This document shows, one piece after another, positions 25,014 through 30,887 of a stretch of DNA of 30,887 bases. This DNA is from a bacterium (GTDB lineage: Archaea > Nanobdellota > Nanobdellia > Pacearchaeales > GW2011-AR1). The notes beneath the pieces are model-generated. The model was given only the letters and a program-made list of their open reading frames with translations. It searched no databases and was not told where the DNA came from. Positions within the stretch are counted from its first letter, which is position 1, and the number at the start of each line of letters is the position of its first letter. Where the stretch lies: contig JAUUWR010000001.1 in NCBI GenBank assembly GCA_030588935.1, forward strand, positions 1 through 30,887, read 5' to 3'. The position numbers and the translations under genes are program-made.

Positions 25014-26255
25014 ATGGAATTTATAGAATTTATTATATATGCGTCGATTTATATTGGATTAATTGCCACAAGTTTTTATGTTTTAAGTTTTATTGCTGGA
25101 AAAAAAGAGAAGCCATTGTTTTTTAAAGATAATGAATTGCCCAAAGTTTCTGTGATAATCCCTGTTTGGAATGAGGAAAAAACCATTAGAAGGACTTTGA
25201 ATTCTATTTTAGCTTCTGATTATCCTAAGGGAAAATTAGAAGTTATTGTTGTAAATGATGGGAGCACAGATAATAGTTTAGCAATTGCAAAAAAATTTGA
25301 ATGCAAAAATGTAAGAGTCTTTTCTAAGAAAAATGGGGGGAAATCTAATGCTCTTAATTTTGGAATTAAGAAGGCTAAAGGAGAAATTATATTCAGTATG
25401 GATGCAGATACTATTGTTGAACCATATAGCTTGAAAAGAATGATTAGATATTTTAAAGATGAAAAAGTCGTGATAGTTAGTCCAGCTATTTTAGTCTATA
25501 ATCCAAAAACTATTTTAGAGAGGATTCAACATATAGAATTTTTATTAGGGCTTTTTTTAAGAAAAACTTTTTCATTTTTAAATGCAATTCATATAACTCC
25601 TGGTGCTTTTTCAGCAGTTAGAAAAAGTTTTTTTGATAAATATGGGGGATATGATGAAAAGAACATAACTGAGGATTTAGAATTAACTTTAAGGGCGCAG
25701 TATCATGGTTATAAGGTTGAAAATGCTCCTAATGCTCCTGCTTATGCAGTTGCTGAAGGAAAATTTATTAGATTAGTAAAACAGAGAAGAAGATGGTATA
25801 GTGGTTTGATGAAAAATTTGTGGGATTATAGGAAAATCATAAGTCCTAAATATGGGGATATGGGATTATTTGTTATACCTATTGCAATAATTAGTATTTT
25901 TTTTGCAATTATTGTTACTCTTTATATGTTTTTTAAAGTTCTTTTTGACATAAAGAATGAATTGCTTTTTTTAAGCAGTGCAAATTTTGACTTTGGCAGT
26001 GTTTGGGAAATAAATAAATATATTGTAGAAAGGTTTTTCTTTTTATTATTTACAAATCCTGTTTTTGTATTTATATTATTTTTTATGATTATCTTTGCAG
26101 GATATTTGTTTTATGCTTCGAAGAAATTAAAAAGAAAATCCAAATGGGTTATTAATCTTCCTTTGTTTATTATGTTTTTTGCAGTTCTTTTTGGATTTTG
26201 GTGGCTTGTTTCTATTGTTTATACAATATTTAATAAAAAAGTTTCTTGGAGATAA
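25014..26255 (+). CDS. GT2 membrane glycosyltransferase (cellulose/hyaluronan synthase-like processive motif set)
   Basis: SVIIPVWNEE, VNDGSTD, GGKSNALN, MDADT (DxD), ITEDLE, QRRRW (QxxRW), C-terminal TM helices. Confidence 0.92.
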   Translation: MEFIEFIIYASIYIGLIATSFYVLSFIAGKKEKPLFFKDNELPKVSVIIPVWNEEKTIRRTLNSILASDYPKGKLEVIVVNDGSTDNSLAIAKKFECKNVRVFSKKNGGKSNALNFGIKKAKGEIIFSMDADTIVEPYSLKRMIRYFKDEKVVIVSPAILVYNPKTILERIQHIEFLLGLFLRKTFSFLNAIHITPGAFSAVRKSFFDKYGGYDEKNITEDLELTLRAQYHGYKVENAPNAPAYAVAEGKFIRLVKQRRRWYSGLMKNLWDYRKIISPKYGDMGLFVIPIAIISIFFAIIVTLYMFFKVLFDIKNELLFLSSANFDFGSVWEINKYIVERFFFLLFTNPVFVFILFFMIIFAGYLFYASKKLKRKSKWVINLPLFIMFFAVLFGFWWLVSIVYTIFNKKVSWR

Positions 26256-26297
26256 AATCATATAAATTTATATAAACTTAAGATAATCATTTCAAAA

Positions 26298-26942
26298 ATG
26301 GAAAAAAGGCAGATTCAAAGTGGAAGGAGATATATCTTGGCATTTTTGATTGGGACATTTATCTTTCTTAATGGTTTTGTTTTGACATATTCTTTTTCTT
26401 ATTTAGAATATCAAAGAGTTTCTAGGATTCAAGCGGAAATTTCCTATCAATTATTCCAAAACAAACTTAAATATTATCTTTTTGATGAAGATATTTGTTC
26501 TGCAGATTTATTAGTTGAACTTTCTGAAGATCTTGGATTTCAGGGAAGAATTATTGATGATTTGGAGAGAAAACTAGGCAAGAATGATAAAAGGGTTTTA
26601 TTTAGAAAAAAATTTTATACTTTAATGGAATTAGAACATTTTGAATTTATAAAAAGGATTAATAAAGAATGTGGGGCTGAAATCCCCACTGTTTTGTTTT
26701 TTTATTCAAATGATGATTTAGATTTAAAGAAAGGTGAAGAATTAGGAGAATTATTGGGTGTGGTTTATCGGAGAAATCCGGAAATAAAAATATATTCTTT
26801 TGATATAAATCTGGATAGCGATTTGATTAAAATGTTAAAAGAGAAATATGAAGTAGAAGAACTTTTGACTGTTGTTATTAATGAAGAAATAAAGGTTGTG
26901 CATCCAAAGAATATTAATGAAATTGAACAGTATTTGGAGTGA
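26298..26942 (+). CDS. membrane-anchored hypothetical protein with a probable C-terminal thioredoxin-like fold lacking CxxC
   Basis: N-terminal TM segment; VLFFYS...IYSFDIN...YEV..L.TVVIN pattern. Confidence 0.7.
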   Translation: MEKRQIQSGRRYILAFLIGTFIFLNGFVLTYSFSYLEYQRVSRIQAEISYQLFQNKLKYYLFDEDICSADLLVELSEDLGFQGRIIDDLERKLGKNDKRVLFRKKFYTLMELEHFEFIKRINKECGAEIPTVLFFYSNDDLDLKKGEELGELLGVVYRRNPEIKIYSFDINLDSDLIKMLKEKYEVEELLTVVINEEIKVVHPKNINEIEQYLE

Positions 26943-27001
26943 TTTTATAATATACATTTAATCACAAATTTATTTAAAAAAGGGGTTATTATAATATTAT
27001 T

Positions 27002-28024
27002 ATGGAAAAATGTGGGATGTGTGGGGTTGATGGCGAAAAAGTAAGACTTTTTGATGCTATTTGTGATGGCAGAATGGAATGTATTTGCGAAAGATGTTCT
27101 ATAATAGAAAATGTTCCAATTATAAAAAAACCAGAAGCATCTCAGTTAAAAGAAGCTGAGAAAGGGTTTGGTGTTTATAAAAGAATGAGGAAGTTATCTG
27201 GGATGAAGGATGTTAAAGAAGAAAAGACTTTTTTTATTGAAGATAAGCTGAAGGAGTTGGACAAAAAGCCAGAACTTGAGCTTCCTGAAAAAGATAAATT
27301 GAATTTGATTGAATATTATCATTGGGAAATTATGAAGAACAGAAGGAGGAAAGGATTTTCTCAGAAACAGTTGGCAGAAGTTTTGGGAGAATCTGAGGCA
27401 GCTATCCAAATGATTGAGAAGGCAAAGCTTCCTGAAAATACTGAGGTTTTAGTGAGGAAATTAGAGCAGTTTTTTCAGATTAAGTTGAGAAGGATTAGTG
27501 AGATGGAAAGAATTATGGAAAAGAAAAGACAAGAACAAAAACCTGTTCTTTTGGATGAGCAGGGAGAGAAATTAGATGTTATTCCTGAACCAGAGATTGA
27601 AGCTCTTGAATTAGAGTCAATTCCTGGATTAGAGATTGAGGAATTTGGAATAATTAGTGAAGAAGGAGGGAAAATTGATGAGATTCAGGAAGAGTCAGAA
27701 GTTGAAGAAGAAAAAGACTTGGAGGGGATGGATATGGAAAAAGGAGAGTTTGATATAAATAAAGCAGATGTTAGTGCTGTTAGGATTGGAGATTTGAAAG
27801 AATTGCATAGAAGAAAAATAGAAGCAACCAAGCAAGAAAGAATTGAGGAACAGAAAAAAATTGAAGAAAGACAGAGACTTGTTGAAGCGAGAAAAGAAGA
27901 GTTTAGATTGAAGAGAGAAAAAGAGTCAAGAAAGTTGGATGAAGTTTTTGGAGGGGCTGAGTTATTGGAAGAGTCAGAAGAGGATTTTGAAAAAAGAGGG
28001 GAGTTTGATGAGGAGTTGGTTTGA
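27002..28024 (+). CDS. MBF1-like protein (Zn ribbon + XRE HTH) with long acidic/coiled C-terminal extension
   Basis: CGMCG...CERC at the N-terminus; IMKNRRRKGFSQKQLAEVLGESEAAIQMIE.A.LP HTH; about 170 aa Glu-rich tail. Confidence 0.8.
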   Translation: MEKCGMCGVDGEKVRLFDAICDGRMECICERCSIIENVPIIKKPEASQLKEAEKGFGVYKRMRKLSGMKDVKEEKTFFIEDKLKELDKKPELELPEKDKLNLIEYYHWEIMKNRRRKGFSQKQLAEVLGESEAAIQMIEKAKLPENTEVLVRKLEQFFQIKLRRISEMERIMEKKRQEQKPVLLDEQGEKLDVIPEPEIEALELESIPGLEIEEFGIISEEGGKIDEIQEESEVEEEKDLEGMDMEKGEFDINKADVSAVRIGDLKELHRRKIEATKQERIEEQKKIEERQRLVEARKEEFRLKREKESRKLDEVFGGAELLEESEEDFEKRGEFDEELV

Positions 28025-28025
28025 G

Positions 28026-28259
28026 ATGAGTGAAAATGAATATGCAAGACGTTTAGTTAAAATAACAAGGGTTATGGTAAATAGTTCAACAGGCATATCT
28101 TTATTTAAATGTGAGGTGTCTAAAAAGGAATCAACTCATACATATGATTTTAATCCTAGTAATCCTGAACATTTTGCAAAATTTGTAAAACAGACCCTTA
28201 ATTATATGAATCCAGATACTGCTAAAAAAATTAAAAAATATTTATTAGAAAACCTTTAA
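28026..28259 (+). CDS. hypothetical protein (77 aa ORFan)
   Basis: ATG at 28026, 1 nt after the upstream stop, preferred over the track start 27939 (which overlaps the MBF1-like gene). Confidence 0.6.
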   Translation: MSENEYARRLVKITRVMVNSSTGISLFKCEVSKKESTHTYDFNPSNPEHFAKFVKQTLNYMNPDTAKKIKKYLLENL

Positions 28260-28283
28260 AAACACACTTTTTCTAACTTATTT

Positions 28284-28547
28284 ATGGAAATAAAGATTCT
28301 TAAAGATGAAAAAAATGAATTAGAAGTTCAGTTAAATAATCAGACAGTGGCTGAGCTTGTTAGGGTTTATTTAAACAAGGATGATTGTGTTGAATTAGGT
28401 GCATGGAAAAGAGAACATTATAGCAAGCCAGTTATTTTGAAGGTTATTAGTAAAGGAAAATCAGCTAAAAAGGCGCTGCATGATGCAATTACTAAAGCTC
28501 AGAAAGATTTGAAGAGATATGGTGAAGAATTTAAAAAGGCTAAATGA
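28284..28547 (+). CDS. rpoL: DNA-directed RNA polymerase subunit L (Rpo11)
   Basis: MEIKILKDEKNELEVQL...TVAELVRVYL...V..GAWKREH...P..L.V...AKKAL..AI; TTTAAAAA at -29. Confidence 0.85.
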   Translation: MEIKILKDEKNELEVQLNNQTVAELVRVYLNKDDCVELGAWKREHYSKPVILKVISKGKSAKKALHDAITKAQKDLKRYGEEFKKAK

Positions 28548-28592
28548 TATTATAGACAAGGATAATATTTGAAAAATTTGGAAGACAAGTCT

Positions 28593-28619
28593 ACAGAAAA
28601 TTCTAATAGAATTTTCTGT
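28593..28619. repeat. 13-bp-arm palindrome ACAGAAAATTCTA-A-TAGAATTTTCTGT
   Basis: Perfect inverted repeat with a 1-nt spacer, read directly from the sequence. Confidence 0.85.
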
Positions 28620-28788
28620 CTATTCAACTCTTACGAGATTGAACATAACCAAATTTTCCTACTTAATCTATAGTGCTAAAATTATCACTTTTGGAAGATG
28701 AGGAGATTAAGCTTGAGAGAAAATATAATTAAGCGATAAAGATAAAAATCCATAAACCCCCAGATAATCATTATAGATAAAGGGGATT

Positions 28789-28809
28789 TTAAGGGGCAAA
28801 GCCCCTTAA
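28789..28809. repeat. Perfect GC-cored hairpin TTAAGGGGC-AAA-GCCCCTTAA
   Basis: 9-bp perfect inverted repeat with a 3-nt loop, 17 nt upstream of ATG 28827. Confidence 0.8.
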
Positions 28810-28826
28810 GTAAATAAAATAATAAA

Positions 28827-29111
28827 ATGGCAGTAAAAAAATTTAGCGAGAGAAAAGAAGCGTGGTTTAGGATTATTGTTCTTATAGTTAGCGGGGTAAT
28901 TTTAGGAATTTGGAAAGCACTGACACAAATATTGGCTATTGTTAATTGGTTTATAACTGTTTTTTCTGGGAAAAGAAATAAGGAATTGGCAGATTTTTGC
29001 GAGTATTGGAATACTGAGATTTATAAATTTATAAGATATATAACTTTTGTTTCAAATAAAAGGCCTTTTCCATTTAGCAATATGGAAAGGATGAGTAAGT
29101 TTGAGAAATAA
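28827..29111 (+). CDS. DUF4389-like small membrane protein
   Basis: FRIIVLIV...ILAIVNWFITVFSGKRNKEL..F...Y....Y..F....RPFPF pattern. Confidence 0.8.
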   Translation: MAVKKFSERKEAWFRIIVLIVSGVILGIWKALTQILAIVNWFITVFSGKRNKELADFCEYWNTEIYKFIRYITFVSNKRPFPFSNMERMSKFEK

Positions 29112-29169
29112 GAAATTATTATTAATTCTGGAATACAATAATGCTTATAATATAATTCTATTTTATTAA

Positions 29170-29290
29170 TAATATAAAAATATTACGCTTGAAAGATGAG
29201 AAGCTTAAAGGATCATAATACTAAAGCTTCTAAGAGCAGAGCTTATTAATTTGTAAGATATAGATAAAAAATAATATAAAAAAATAAAAA
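29170..29290 (+). promoter_or_regulatory. Long upstream element copy 12 (radB)
   Basis: ACGCTTGAAAGATGAGAAGCTT 29185-29206, resembling copy 7 (ACGCTTGATATGAGAAGCGT); TTGTAAGATATAGATAAAAAATAA before the ATG. Confidence 0.6.
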
Positions 29291-30037
29291 ATGGAAGAAA
29301 AAAATAAGACCATGAATAAAATCATGACAGGAAGCCATGACTTGAATAAATGGCTGAATGGAGGTTATGAGAAAGATGTGATAACTTTGTTTTATGGACC
29401 TTATGCAAGCGGGAAAAGTAATTTTGTTATGCTGGCTGCGTGCCATCAGGCAAAAAAAGGAAAGAAAATTATTTATATTGATACAGAAGCAGGGTTTTCT
29501 GTTGATAGGATTAATCAGATTACAGGGAATCTGCCGGAGTTTGTGCTGAAAAATATTGTGATTTTAAAGCCGATAAATTTTCAAGAGCAGAAAAACGCTT
29601 TTTTGAAATTAGTTAAAGAGCTGAAGGAGAGCAAGAATATTGGCTTGATTGTTGTTGATAGTATGACTATGTTGTATAGACTTGAGTTAGCAGAGGCGCG
29701 TAAAAAAAGTGTGGAGGAGGTTCAGAAAGTTAATTCTGATTTAGCTAAACAAATGAGAGCTCTTTTTGAAATTGCCCGGAAGCGCGGGATTCCTGTTTTA
29801 ATTACAAGCCAGGTTTATGCTGAGTTTTTGAGTGATGAGGATTGGCTTGCTGGGAAAGAAGCAGGTGTTAATGTTGTTGGGGGAGATTTACTGAAATATT
29901 GGAGCAAGTGCATAATTGAATTGCAGAATAAAGGCGGAAAAAAGAAAGCGATTATTCGGAAGCATCGCTCGCTTCCTGAAAAAGAATTGAATTTTGAGAT
30001 TGTTGATGAGGGGGTTAGGAAGAGGGGGTGGTTGTGA
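29291..30037 (+). CDS. radB: DNA repair protein RadB
   Basis: TGSHDLNKWLNGGYE, Walker A GPYASGKS, IYIDTE.GFS.DR, LIVVDSM, VLITSQVY, GGDLLKYWSK, KHRS basic patch. Confidence 0.95.
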   Translation: MEEKNKTMNKIMTGSHDLNKWLNGGYEKDVITLFYGPYASGKSNFVMLAACHQAKKGKKIIYIDTEAGFSVDRINQITGNLPEFVLKNIVILKPINFQEQKNAFLKLVKELKESKNIGLIVVDSMTMLYRLELAEARKKSVEEVQKVNSDLAKQMRALFEIARKRGIPVLITSQVYAEFLSDEDWLAGKEAGVNVVGGDLLKYWSKCIIELQNKGGKKKAIIRKHRSLPEKELNFEIVDEGVRKRGWL

Positions 30038-30088
30038 TATATTTTGTATTATAGATTTATTTTTAAAGAGCTTTTATGTTTTATTTTT

Positions 30089-30887
30089 ATGTATCTAGAT
30101 TCACATGTTCATTGTAGAGATGGAAATCAAGCTTATAAGGAAACTATAAAACATGCTTTAAGTGTTGCAGAAAAAGCAGGAGTAGATGCTATTTTTGATA
30201 TGCCTAATACAGATCCTCCAATAACCACAAGATTACAGGTAGAGAAAAGGTTAAGTATTGCAGACTCTTGTAATTCAAATGTTTTTTATGGATTATATGT
30301 TGGTTTAACTTCAAATGAAAATCAAGTTAGAGAAGCTGTTAGAGTTCATAATGATTTATTTCCAAGAGTTGTTGGATTAAAATTATTTGCTGGAAGATCT
30401 GTTGGGGATTTAGCGGTTATTAATGAAGAAGCTCAAGATAAGGTTTATCATGCTCTTAATAATTATAAAGGAGTTTTAGTTGTTCATTGTGAAAAAGAGT
30501 CTTTACTTAAACCTGATTTATGGAATCCTGAAGATCCGAGAACTCATTCTTTTGCAAGACCTTATGAAGCAGGGTTAGAATCAATTAAAGATCAAGTTGG
30601 ATTTGCTTGGGGGAATGAATTTAAGGGAAACTTACATATTGCTCATATACCAGACCCTGAATCTGTTGAATATGTTGATAGTATAAGGAGAAATCTTGGA
30701 AGTAATCAAATTTCTAGATTAAAGATTTCATGCGGAGCAACCCCTCATCATTTATTTTTAAATTATGAGGTGATGAAAGACTTATTATGGAAAGTCAATC
30801 CTCCATTGAGAAGTGAAGAAGAGCAAAAAGGACTTTTAAGATGTTTAAAAGAAGGAAAAATTAATTGGATTGAAACAGATCATGCAC
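30089..30887 (+). CDS. pyrC: Dihydroorotase, 3'-truncated by window edge
   Basis: Not in the ORF track; hand translation MYLDSHVHCRD (HxH), DMPNTDPP, GLKLFAG, VHCE, AHI, CGATPHHLFL, KVNPPLR, IETDHA; open to the window end. Confidence 0.92.
   Translation, partial: MYLDSHVHCRDGNQAYKETIKHALSVAEKAGVDAIFDMPNTDPPITTRLQVEKRLSIADSCNSNVFYGLYVGLTSNENQVREAVRVHNDLFPRVVGLKLFAGRSVGDLAVINEEAQDKVYHALNNYKGVLVVHCEKESLLKPDLWNPEDPRTHSFARPYEAGLESIKDQVGFAWGNEFKGNLHIAHIPDPESVEYVDSIRRNLGSNQISRLKISCGATPHHLFLNYEVMKDLLWKVNPPLRSEEEQKGLLRCLKEGKINWIETDHA

Larger units (their letters stand above)
28571..28826 (+). promoter_or_regulatory. Long upstream element copy 11 (DUF4389 gene), hairpin subtype with expanded loop
   Basis: GAAAAATTTGG 28571 / CCAAATTTT 28649; palindrome 28593-28619; GAAGATGAG 28694-28702; ATTAAGCGATAAA 28728-28740; hairpin 28789-28809. 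Confidence 0.7.

Noticed and set aside
309-29290. CRISPR array interpretation of the recurring blocks (32-33 nt spacing is spacer-like)
   Set aside because: Copies are single, dispersed and degenerate, the intervening sequences resemble each other, there is no tandem repeat-spacer array, and no cas genes are present.
309-29290. Classical IS/MITE interpretation of the long element
   Set aside because: No consistent terminal inverted repeats or target-site duplications were seen, no transposase is in the window, and strict gene-proximal orientation argues against random insertion. A domesticated origin is not excluded.
17188-29446. ORFs 17188, 18571, 19896, 20000, 22010, 22239, 27194, 27685, 29246, and the 27939 start
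   Set aside because: Antisense or alternate-frame shadows of real genes; 27939 is better started at ATG 28026.

Overview
AT-rich chromosomal segment of a small-genome archaeon; the gene set and organisation suggest DPANN, Pacearchaeota/Woesearchaeota-like (inference, no database search). Core genes: a partial RPA-like OB-fold gene, mcm, tbp, ATP-dependent DNA ligase, rpl15e, a degenerate endonuclease V, metG plus a stand-alone tRNA-binding protein, minD, Sec61beta, valS, aRF1, scpB, a GT2 glycosyltransferase, an MBF1-like HTH protein, rpoL, radB and a partial pyrC, with tRNA-Ile(GAT) and tRNA-Gly(CCC). Short ORFans are interleaved, often tail-to-tail with core genes. No transposase, integrase, CRISPR array or rRNA was seen. 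The most unusual signal is non-coding, with three upstream architectures. (1) Most genes have a TATA-like box about 29 nt before the ATG, implying leaderless transcription. (2) About 12 genes, including rpa, mcm, tbp, lig, minD, sec61beta, aRF1 and radB, carry a modular 120-250 nt upstream element always in gene orientation, with GATGAG...CTCATC, GCTTAAGC and AAGATTCCA modules; four copies also have a tandem-GA hairpin. (3) Four ORFan/small-domain genes share a different ~50-nt TATA + GGGAAGRAGAGTTCT element. Protein oddities include loss of catalytic Asp residues in EndoV, apparent loss of the editing Asp residues in ValRS, a ClpC N-domain fragment fused to an ORFan, and a frameshifted small gene ending in CSRCHHCR.
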